Positions 31,228-43,270 of a DNA stretch of 64,000 nucleotides are shown in pieces. Each line of letters starts with the position of its first letter. The stretch's first letter is position 1. The DNA lies in NCBI RefSeq assembly GCF_000150275.1, contig NW_002060953.1:1089693-1153692 (forward strand), given 5' to 3'. The DNA is from Trichoplax adhaerens. Lineage: Eukaryota > Animalia > Placozoa. Under the pieces are notes generated by a model. That model did no database searches, was not told where the DNA came from, and saw only the letters and a program-made list of their open reading frames with translations. Both the position numbers and the translations under genes were made by a program.

Positions 31228-34200
31228 TTAATCAGTAGAATATTCTCTTACAACCGATTTAGAACAACGATGTGACCAAGCATTCTGAAACAAACAATTC
31301 ATCATTACATCTGGAATTACCCCTTCGATTAAATTTCAAAGCGCATTTCTTGCGATCAATTAATGAGGTATCAAATAGCTAGAAAGATTAGAGTTACTTT
31401 CAGGGTGTAAGGTAATGGTTAATAATCATATACAGTATAACGATAATATTGCGACTATGTGGTACTACTCGACACAATTATGCATCCTAAGATGCCAAAA
31501 TGCTAACCCGTAAATCTGCTAAATTTAGGTGTTTAAATGTTTCTTTGTCCATACTAAATACAATGGCATTCCCAGCACCTATATGAAAATATTAACATCG
31601 ATTAGCTTATCTTCATTAGGGGAAAGTACCGGTACGCAAGCAAGATTGAATATTTTAATATAAAAAGACTTTAACCTTTTAAACTTGAGGAAACAATTTG
31701 TAATAGGTAAAGGGTAAAGCTCGCATTATCTGGTTGAACAGTATTTTGTATCCTATTAATTGTATCTTAATATTAGAAAATACCCTACAGAGCTAATGCT
31801 TAGCAAAATCAGAGGCTACTGAAAAATAGAGAGGAGCTGAATTTCATCGTTATAAATAAATAAAAAATGCTGCATTTTTTAATCCCTGCAAATGTTAATA
31901 TAGTTACCGATTTACTAGTGGGAAAATACTAAGTAACAAATATACCAATGGATACGCCATCAGTGGCTTTACACTTTCTCGCATGAGTTCCTATTTAGTC
32001 GACAGAGACAAAAATTGCTAGCAATCATTAAAAGACTTTATATATCCATAGCAATATGTTGTATAGATACTCTAATAAACGCGATATAATCATGATGCAA
32101 GTAAATTATCAATCAGACTGTAATCTAAATAATTAACATCAAATTAACTGACTCTTTCTCTTTCGTGGCAACCCGTCCACATGCTAGTCTAGCAATGAAA
32201 ATAAAATACCATTCTATAAATTATTCGTCCCAACCGGCTTCATATATGCGTATTTTAAATCAACTAACACAATTTTGAACACATATTTACCTGTTTTCTA
32301 ACATACTTAAAGATATAAAAATATACCAAAAATAGTACGAAAATGATCAAGAATCTGGGGCCATACCAGCTATTGGGTCATAAAATTGAAAATAAGTAAA
32401 CTGTTATCATTACAATCATATAGCAGCAAGATTTGCTTAAAACTTTTCAAATCTAACATTGCAAAACGCCAGGCAGGGTCATTTTCTATCCAGCTAATTT
32501 TAAGTTAAGGATAATAAAAAGGATAAAAATAAATTCGAATGCACTAATGCAGGACGTTTATAAGAAAAGCACTGAAAGACCTACATGTATACGAGTATAG
32601 GACCTGTACTATAAAATTTTAAAGTATATTTACTTACCACCATACGCCAGCTGGTCCATACTTATTACTCGAGAAAGGTATTACACTTATGACTACGGGA
32701 ATACCCCAACCAATAAGATGGTAGTAACTATGATGTAAACATGGGAAGCATAAAATTTCTTATATATTTGAAAGATATAAATATGATTCAGAATAGTAAT
32801 CATGCAATGATCATCACTTTAAGAATGTAAGTTTATGAATATAAAAAAGTAACTTCACTAAAGATGTAAACTCTTGTAGATGTGATAGAAAGTCTACTAT
32901 GGTAATTTTTAAATATGTTTGCGTTAATAGAATATACATTGGCATACATTTCAAATCTTTCAGTACTTTTCTTAGCAACAGCACTCCAGTATAAATTAAA
33001 AGTTATTAATATAACCCATAAAAGAATGGCCCACACTAGTTAATCGAAACACGAATATATGAGCATCTCAATACAATTATACAATAAATACAAATAGCAA
33101 ATAGTAACAGTTAGCATACGTATGATAATTAATAATGACTAGGCTTGTAGATTCGTAAATATATCCAACTTATTTAGCTAAAAATAGAAGTTGCCAGCAA
33201 GTAACTAAAAACAAAATTTAATCAAAGCTGACTTGTTGCAACGAATAACAGGATCAAATCTAGTGAATAACGCTACTCTAGCTCTCTTTTCCCTTCTCCT
33301 TGATCTAAGTTTGCATGGCCCTAAATATTGTCTATCTTATGCAATCATACTCATGTAAAAGTTACTAATTTAAACCAGCAACATTATATAATGTTAATTA
33401 AGATTAATGTTAGTCACTGCACTAACAGTAAAGACCATAACATCAACATCACATTACCAATATAGCAAGCATTGCAACAGTATCAATATGTATAGAATGT
33501 TGACTGGTTTTTAAAATAAAATAACCTGAAATTCTGCGTATTTTGATAATGCAATACTTATGACAGTAAATGAACTTACCAGATATCGTTATCATGACCG
33601 CTTCAAAAGTACATTTAGGACTAGGTTCTACACTATCAGCCTATAATTAAAAGCAAATTCTGTAAGGTTACAGCAATTATGCATCGATATAATACGTATT
33701 CAATTACGAAATTTTTTCGTTTAGGAAACGCGGAGTAATATTGGTCTAAAGCTTATAGTAAAGTACAAAGCCAGCTAATATTATAATTAGATAATCAGTA
33801 TGACAATTATAGGTATTACTAACATTAAGCATTTTATCTATCAAGCGAATAGCATTATGAAGATCAACCTTCGGCAATAGATGTTATATAAGAGATAGAT
33901 ATCTTATAAGTGACTTTTGCTAACTAATGTTTATTTTATTTTCGTAAGATAACATACTTTGGTATTATTAAGAATGCCGCTATCTATAACGTCCATTCTT
34001 TTATAGATGAACGTATAGTTTTATGACATTATTTGAATACTGACTATTAATGTTTCTGTAGAGTTACCATAAATTAACTGATTTTGTAATGGATTTCAGG
34101 TTCAGTTCTGTCTAAGAGAGACTAGTGGTATTACTATTCCTCTTGAAGATGGGAAATCGTCAGTATTTATAGTCGTACTGTAGATAAATGTCCGGGGGGG

Positions 34201-36198
34201 GGGGAAATTTTTAACAAACATGTAGTACTATGTATATTCTATGGAGGAAATAACTACTCACCATAAAAAAAGTAATGCTATTTATTAGGCACGCGATGCT
34301 TAGATATAAAAGTAAACGCTGTAAATTGTAGATATTAGTACCGGCAATAATTGTTAAGGAAACAGTTGCATTATGGAAGAAGCAATTGTGATCGTAAAAA
34401 GTCTAAAAAAACTTTTCAAACCTGAGCAAAGAATTGGTACTTTTTAAACAGCCAAATTAAGAAGATCATAGCGAAACTATAAATAATGAAATTTTATATC
34501 ATCAGGTTTAGTATTAGTCCAAAAGGATAAGATTTCCAGTAAGAATTAATGCATATAGTGCAAAAGCTGCCATCATTAATTATGCAGTATATATATATGT
34601 TACATATATACAACTGTTCATGATTTAGTCTAAATTCATATTGATACATATATGTGCTGTATATCTAGATGACTTTTATAAGTAACAACGGTTTTCTAAT
34701 CTCAGTATTAAATACATACTCTCTATTTTCAGCCTAGACCTTTTCTATTAATGTATTATGATTTCCAGCAGTCCCATTCCCCCTCCCCGTCAAATTAAAA
34801 GTTTAAAATTTCTATCAATTTAGCCATTTTGCACGAACGACATACTTGTATACTGTAAATTGTGCAGCTTTTCCACCAGTATAACTAATATTCAATCATG
34901 GAAGTAATACGTAAACTGAAGATCACGTCTGCGATATACAATTTCTGTTGCAAGAGTGCAAGGTTTTGTCCTTTATCAACGTTTTTGCTTAATTCGATAC
35001 GAACTCCAAAATATATTCAATACTTTTACTGCATGTGATCGTAGATAAAATTATGATTTAAAGATGACTTATTATCGTAAAAGCTAGAAATTACTTGGCA
35101 CTTTAAGATCCTGAAGCACCTATAATGCCTTATTATCGTTTTAATTACCTTCAACGAGCATAGAAAAAAATTAGTTTTGATGGATTGTGTTATATTATCG
35201 TCATTATTATCGAAAGCATAAGCATCAAGGTCAATACAGCATTACTAACCTGCCAGCAATGGATAATGAAGCCAAGATTCTTTTGACAAGCAAGATGTTC
35301 GTCTAAGCAAAATTATATTGATCTATTCAGTATTAGCTAGAATTGGATTATGTAAAGTCACGCTATTAGTATCGAGTGCAAAACTGTGGTAGTAATTATC
35401 AGTGAATATCTTTGCAAACGTGATTATTATTGACAGAAACTTTGCAATCTTATATTGTATTGATTTTTATGCACAACAAACTACATACAACAATTCGTAA
35501 AAGACACTATATTAAAATACTAAATGATAATATGTACAAATGTCACAATTTGGGTTGCGAGCGGGTCTTAGATAATTATTCTAGCGATGCCGTCGTATAC
35601 CAAGATCTCCAACTAACTCTGTGGATCTTCGTACATAGTTCTACCTCCAGTAAATGTGCTTAATAAAAATATAACTACTTTATTATCAAGCAGTCTCACA
35701 TCGAAGAACTGACAGTTATAAGAATCTTTTAAAAAGAGCTGACTAACTTGCAGTTAATCGCTCGTTCCTTTATATTGTTACTCGATCTTAAAGGTTCATA
35801 TCCGAGCATTATCAGATACCATAGCTAGGCACAATTAGCGCTTTGTGAAATATTTATTAGGTGTAAATAATCATGATTTCTTCCAACAATGAATGATTAC
35901 AGTCTACCATCAATTAATCCACACAAGCTAAGATAAGTAATAAGATTTAAGCACAGCTATTAGGGAGTATAGCACCGTAACAATAAGCTAATGAAAGTAC
36001 ACGGCCACCGAATAGAGTAATATGCGCTATTTCTATCCACTTTATTATAATATTGCCTAATATCTCGGCTCATAACCCTTTTAAATTATTTTAATGTCAT
36101 TAGAATCGGGCTCTAATTACCCATTGCATGAGAAGAAGTTGGACACTTACGCAATTACTTTCATCTCCAAGAAAGCAGCTGTAATTGGCTGGTTTCAT
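31228..36198 (-). CDS. cAMP receptor-like (Dicty_CAR / GCR1 / GPR157-related) 7TM receptor, paralogue A, 14 exons
   Basis: Exon 1 36198-36151 (MKPANYSCFLGDESNC); exon 2 35302-35250 (VKRILASLSIAGS). Later exons encode QRLLLYLSIA, CTFEAVMI, ITFNLYW, YYHLIGWGIP, YGPAGVWCWI, LMAYPLVY...FPLVNRIQN and GAGNAIVF. Last exon 31284-31228. Confidence 0.85.
34068..34252 (+). repeat. Dispersed repeat, copy 1 (in an intron of GPCR paralogue A)
   Basis: ataaatt.actga...gtctaagagagactagt...atcgtcagtattta.agtcgt.ctg...aatgtc...atggaggaaaa is shared with 61195-61332. Confidence 0.7.
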
Positions 36199-37320
36199 CT
36201 TTTGACTGGGTTAGCAATTGTCAAGTTTAAAAGGCAACTGGAAAGAGAAGTGATGAAAGCTACAGATGGAAATATAGCAATAATGGCGATAAACGTTTTG
36301 ATCAACGTACGCGTATTTTTTTTAGACAAAAATGGCCTTACGATTCACAGCTACTTAAAAATATATATATTGGCTATGTCTTGTTTTATGCAGTAGATTA
36401 TCATATTATACCTGTTTATCTCAATTGATTATTTTTGTAGCTATGAAAATATACAAAAGTTGTTCGACTGCGCTATGCAATACAGTAGTTTCTGGGATTA
36501 AGCAGCCCGTAATAACTATAATCGAGTAAGGTCCTGTTCTGTATATGTTACAATGATGTCAAGAAATGGGTTGATACTCCGATCATACTATTAATATTAC
36601 CTCAACATATAAATTATATTGATCTGTGAGCAATTAACGACAGATTGCAAGATTTTCTATATGCTTTAAATTCGATGATATGATCTGAGACACAGGAATA
36701 TGATCAAGTATGTTACAGTGATCAGAATAAAATTATTCACTGGAAATATATTCTTATTAGCACCGACGTGTGCCACACTTTAAATAATTATATCTATGCA
36801 CTAATACTCTATTATTACTTATCCTTTCCGTTATTAAACAACTCGTATACTACTCAAGTTTGTGGTAAGATTTCATATGTATTTCAGTTTCCACTGTAAT
36901 TTCGATATACGATTGACAAGTCCCTGCAAACGATCAACACTATTGCATACTATTACAAAAATTCTTATTGCGACAGTCTGAGCTGATGGAAATATTTCGC
37001 TCCACCAAGCTTAATTTAGGATGGAAATCACTTTGGCTAATTGTAGCCTCCAAAATATCTCATAACTCATTATTATCTAGCATGAAACCAGTTTTGATCT
37101 AAAAGTCCGATTTTATTCTAAATACTACATTTTCAATACAACCCTCCAGTTTGATGTCGTAAAACACGTTATTACGTAAAATTAAAAGAAACTGAGAAAG
37201 AATTAAATAGGTAACAGTCACTCAGATTGTATACATTACTAGATACGTATTTTTGACTCGTTTATAATCTTCACTAATTACAACTGAAATGTACAGGTTA
37301 AATTTATTGAGTTGATTTAG

Positions 37321-40300
37321 TTAAGCACTGGGATTTCCATCCGATAGTTCTTCATTATCTTCTAAATGGCTACTCTCATTAATAACAGGATATTCCCTCA
37401 CAACCGATTTAGAACAGCGTTGCGACCAAGCATTCTAAAATAAGTAAAATTCCACAATTTACTGTTATATCTCGTACAAACAGGCACTGTTAGGATAAAA
37501 TCGCACGGTATCAAGCAGTCAGAACATTATAAGTATTGTGAAGCTAACTTATGGTTAATTCTAATAGTAATATGCATAACAACAAACAGTGAAGCTATTA
37601 CTTAGCACAAATTATACATTAAAAGTTATTAAGTGCTAACCCTTAAGTCTGCCCAATTTAAGCGATTAAATGTTTCTCTGTCCATACCAAATACAATAGC
37701 ATTCACAGCGCCTAGATGAAATGTCAACATGGATCGATTTATCTTCACAGAAGGAAAAAGCTAGAGCTACGTTGAACAATTTCTTAATACAAAAATTTAT
37801 TAACCTTGCAAGCTTGATGAAATAACTTGCAACAGAAAAAGAATAAAAATAGCATGGCTTGGTCTAGCAGCATTTTGTATCCTATCAATTATATCTTAAT
37901 ATTAGTAAAATCTACAAAAAATGTGTTTAGTAGAATTTCATCCGTAAAAACTAGGGTAACAGTTTACTGTCCAAAATGCAAAGTCGATTTACCGATTTAT
38001 TAGTGGGCATATATTAAGTAACAAATATATGAAAGGGTACGCCATCAAAGGCCTAACTTCTTTCCGCATTAGTTCCTATTTGATTGATGGATAACAATAC
38101 TTGTCATCAATAATATATATATATATATATATATGTAATTGTAATACTTGGTACGTCTATGTAAAGATGTGGTAGAAGTACTCTGATAGCCTAGATACGA
38201 TTACGGTAAAGCAAACTAATTTATAACAGTTTAAAACTATGCACTTGACTTACTCTATTTCTTTCTATTTCAGGATCGTAGCTACCCGTCCACCTAGTCG
38301 CCTAGAAGTGGAATTTAAACATTTTAATTTACTATTTAATTCCAAAATTTCATCACATCATTTAAATTAGGTATTATAATCCTAATCACCTGTCTTCTAA
38401 TATATATAAAAATATAAAGGTATACGCAAAATAATGCGAAAATTATCAAGAACAATGGGCCATACCAACTATAATGAGATAAATTCGAAAGTTTGTAAGT
38501 TGTCATCATTTGCAATTATACAACAGTAAAGAATTGTTTAAAGCCTAGATCTTACATAGCGAAGCGCCAGGGAGTGTTGTTTTTTATCCAGCTAGTTTTA
38601 AATTGAAGACATAATAAAAGCGACAAAAATTTGATACGTTATACAACACGTAAGTATTGACAGTTCTGCAAGTACATAGAATCTGTATGCTATGTTTTCA
38701 AAGTATATTTACTTACCACCAAGCGCCAGCTGGTCCATACTGATTGCCAATGAATGGTAATACACTTATGACAACAGGAACACCCCAAGCAACAAGATGG
38801 TAGTAGCTACAGCGTCATCATGTGAAACATAATAAATCCGATAAATACAAAAGTTATGGATGCACATGCGACATAGCACGATGGCTATCACTATAGGCAT
38901 TGTAAGGTTGTTAATATCTACGGAAATATCTTTGTTAATGATAGGACTGTATACAGTACACGCTGCAAAATGTATGTTAAAGTGATTCATTATTAGGCTG
39001 TATCGTATTGATAGTTAGGCAAAAAGAAACGAGTAAGAATGACATACATTTCAAATCTTTCAGTACTTTTCTTAGCTACAGCATTCCAATATAAATTGAA
39101 GGTTATTATTGTAATCCATAAAAGTACAGCCCAGTCTAATCAAATGGAAGACATTCAAATATTTTGTAATTAATCATGAAATAATAAGCGTAATAACAAA
39201 TAGCAATATTACTATACGGTAACGACAGCATGGCAATACGTGTAGAACAGTAATACTCTCAAAATAGACTATCTGGACACATGCGAACAATAACTATGTA
39301 ACTCTTGTAACTGCTAACTTACCAAAAATCGATAGCATTACTGCTTCAAAAGTACATAAAGGACCAGCTTCTTGAATATCACCCTACCATTAAATAGAAA
39401 GAAAATAGCAATACTTTGTGAAAAACATATACATTATAATCTATAATTCATCATTTTTCCATGAGGATAACGCTGAAAGAGACTTGTCTAAAGCCTACAG
39501 TAAACTACAAAGTCGATTAACAATACAATTTGATAATTAGTATTTACAATTCATTACGTAACTATTAACTTTACTATTGATCTTCAAGATTTATGTCCTA
39601 CAAAATTCCTAATATCTAGTACTATACAATCTGGTACATGAAATTGGTACTTACCATAACATAAGATACGCTGTCTAATAACGCTGCAATGCTCAGAAAC
39701 AAAAGTAATCGCTGTTGTTTAGCAAATAATGGATATTAGTAACAACAAGTACATGGTCCAAATTTCTAGTTGCACAGTAATTAAGAATAAGAAGGATTTT
39801 AAAATGTTTATCGCACCTGGGCAAAGAACTGGTGTTTATTGAATAGCCAAATCAAAAAGATCATTGCAAAGCTGTAGTATCGAAAATTTGACATAAGGTT
39901 AGTATTCATTGAAAGTTATCACAGCACACCTGTACTACTGTACGTATGGGAGTCTAAAGCTAGTATCTTTGATTGCATTGTATAAGTTACAGTGTATCTT
40001 TGTCATTCTCATCAGCCAAAGCAGCTAGCAGATGCTAAATTGCAAACATTTACACCGCATTTTTAATCTGCCTTACTTCACAGTTAATCTATTAAAGCAA
40101 TGTGATTGTTATTGGCTCCATAAACAACGATAAGGCAAACAGTTCAACAAGCCTTGCTACGCTATGGTAAAATTACAATATGCGTTTAAGCCAGAATAAC
40201 AAGTGAAAAAATTTATATGCTACTTATAGCTACCGTATGTTAGAGGAGCGGGACTTGCAGGACTACGACATACACTTTATTAACCGAATTATCACCTTAT

Positions 40301-41737
40301 TAATTACCTGAATATCATGCGTACATTTAATTCACTGTCGTTCATTATTTAATAAACTCGCACGCAATAAGGTAAGGTATAGCCGATTCTAAAATCTCAC
40401 ACTTGCTTTTAGTTGTTGCTTTCGGAAACATAAATATCATCATCATCATCATCATAACAAATTCAATCATCGTGACATGGCGTACCTGCCAACAATGGAT
40501 ATGGAGGCCAAAATTCTTTTGACAATTACGATGGTAGACTACACAAAAAACGTGAAATAAAAAGTTATACATCTCCTTAGCATTTAATTAGAACGAATTG
40601 TAGATCACTACTGCAAGCTAAGCCATTCAGTCTTTCGGTTCTCTAGATAGACATTCATTTATAAATAAACGATAAATACATTACCGAATTGGATGGCTTT
40701 ATTTACAGCTATCATTACATCAATATCGATTTATGGACACGTATACTGGGGTCATTACGTCTAGGATAAGATAATGGAGATACCAATTGCTATAGTATGA
40801 TTTGTCAAACTATCGTTGCATCGTGTCATTTTCTAGTCCTTGCCTAAAATCCATCTATCCTCTCTTCTATTCCATTAATAAGCTTCGGTATCCCCAAGGC
40901 TCGACTCGAAGTTGATATGATTATAAATTACTGCTACTGGCGTCAACTACAGAGGAAAACAGTACTGTACATAGATATGTCTATTTTTACTTTATTCCAC
41001 TTGTTTTCAAAGCTTGTCATTTTCAGTTAATTGGCACCTTATCGAAAACTAATTCTTCGAAGTTCAACTCAGCAACATGTCTTGTGATAATCGTGAATTG
41101 AAAATAGAACAAAATTTTCATCAAGTCAATGTGCTATTGAACATGCTGTACAAGTTAGACTCGTTTCATTACCCCTAGAATGTAATGATACGCTGAAAGA
41201 AGCCATTTTGCCCGATTGGCTTTGAATCATATGTACTGTATACAGTTACGATAATCAATGAATCCAGTTGTGTCTATGCCGTAGACTTCAAAATAAGGAA
41301 CACCCCTCCACATTGGGATTACTAGAGTATTGGATTTGATCGATAATAATTAATCCTAGGATAGATTGATCTGTAGTACAGTAAAATTGGTTAGGTGACA
41401 CCAATGATCAAGGATACAAGAGTAATTTCTTGAATGATTTTATGTCTTCATCAAGCAAGTCAATTAGATTCCTACTGACGAGATGGGACAGTGCTTGGTT
41501 TCAACTGTACAGTATAGCACTCTAGTCTACTGTCTATTTTAATTTCTTACAGGGACACTTTGAAGTAATTTTATCGTTTTGTGTATTTTTCTTTGGATAG
41601 TAGTCTACTGGAGCTTAAAGTAGGCTGTTTAATCCATGTATAGTACTGATAGCATGCATTTTAGCCATTACACTGGATAGGATACTTACGCATTTACTTT
41701 GATCTCCTTGAAACAAGGTACAATTCATTGAAGTCAT
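37321..41737 (-). CDS. cAMP receptor-like (Dicty_CAR / GCR1 / GPR157-related) 7TM receptor, paralogue B, 14 exons
   Basis: Exon 1 41737-41690 (MTSMNCTLFQGDQSKC); exon 2 40538-40486. Intron positions and phases match paralogue A. Motifs QRLLLFLSIA, YYHLVAWGVP, YGPAGAWCWI and LMAYPFIY...PLINRIQN. Last exon 37434-37321 (...LSDGNPSA*). Confidence 0.87.
38113..38134. repeat. (AT)n microsatellite
   Basis: Run of about 11 AT units in an intron of paralogue B. Confidence 0.9.
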
Positions 41738-42269
41738 CTTGAACGATAGGCCAACTACAAGAGCACTGGAAACAACGAAAATGCCAGAGGGAGTAACAGC
41801 GCTAATGACGATGATGGACGAGTGGATGCTTATATAATATAGGCTTTTCCAGTAATAATCAATGGAAAAGGAATACAACTACTTGACCTTATTCTCTCCA
41901 GTCGCCAACACTCGCTAACTATTCCTAATTAGTGGGCTATGCAAATTGACAAAAATAGTGCTGACTGTCAGAAATGGCGACGCCTAATGTCCTCCTGCTG
42001 TACTGTAGTCTACACTACAACATAGATCACCGTCTTGAAGGAAAACACCCAACGATTTTCAATTTCTTTAGCAATGGCAGACTACTGGTGGTTCATATTC
42101 AATCTACAAGTCCTCAGCTATAAGTATTTCAATCCCACTCTTGGGTTTTGCAGCGACGACGTTCAAGAAAATTGGCAATTTATGTCAACTCCGCTACACC
42201 AATATTATTCTAACCTACCAACCGTTTTGGTGTCGGCTGCCCAACCAGATCGCAGCCCACCCCCTATTC

Positions 42270-43270
42270 AGAGTACTGTAGGTGCTGTACTGTACACTAC
42301 AGCGTCCAGCTTGATCGCTCTTGGACGGACAGACATAGACCGTTCCTACTAGTCATTTTTCAATCGGTCAGAAACATCCGTCTGTCTGAGGTAAGCGAAC
42401 AGTCCAGGTCTTCTACAGTAGTAGTCCATGACTGTACAGTATACACTATTCAGTACTGTACACTGTACAGCGTATGGCTTGATCGCTCTTGGACGGACAG
42501 ACATAGACCGTTCCTGCTGCAGTAGTCATTTTTCAATCGGTCAGAAACGTCCGTCTGTCTGAGGTGAGCGAACAGTCCAGGTCTTCTAGTAGTCCATGAC
42601 TGTACGTCTGTACCGCTTGATCGCTTCTTGGACGGACAGACACAGACCGTTCCTACTACAGTACTGTACAGTGTACACTGTACACTGAGTGTACTGTACA
42701 CTGTACAGTACAGTAGTCATTTTTCAATATTGACGACCTCAATCGGTCAGAAACGTCCGTCTGTCTGAGGTGAGCGAACAGTCCAGGTCTTCTAGTAGTC
42801 CATGACTGTACTGTACTGTACGTCTGTACCGCTTGATCGCTTCTTGGACGGACAGACATAGACCGTTCCTGTTACTGTACAGTGTACACTGTACAGTAGT
42901 CATTTTTCAATATTGACGACCTCAATCGGTCAGAAACGTCCATCTGTCCGAGGTGAGCGAACAGTCCAGGCCTTCTAGTAGTCCATGACTGTACTGTACT
43001 GTACGTCTGTACCGCTTGATCGCTTCTTGGACGGACAGACACAGACCGTTCCTACTACAGTACTGTACAGTGTACACTGTACACTGAGTGTACTGTACAC
43101 TGTACAGTACAGTAGTCATTTTTCAATATTGACGACCTCAATCGGCCAGAAACGTCCGTCTGTCCGAGGCGAGCGAACAGTCCAGGTCTTCCAGTAGTCC
43201 ATGACAGTGCAGTGTACAAAATAACAAGTCCAATGCAGGACACTGGCGTGCATACTGTACAGTGCACACT
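42270..43270. repeat. Tandem array of ~5 units (170-220 bp) with length-variable TACAGTA/TACTGTA/TACACTGTA palindromic inserts
   Basis: gcttgatcgct(t)cttggacggacagac...gaccgttcct...gtcattttt...aatcggtcagaaacgtccgtctgtctgaggtgagcgaacagtccaggtcttct recurs near 42309, 42477, 42615, 42831 and 43014. Confidence 0.92.

Noticed and set aside
42270-43270. CRISPR-like array (constant segments with variable inserts)
   Set aside because: Eukaryotic locus with no cas genes; constant parts exceed 100 bp and the variable parts are low-complexity palindromic TACAG/CTGTA runs, not unique spacers.
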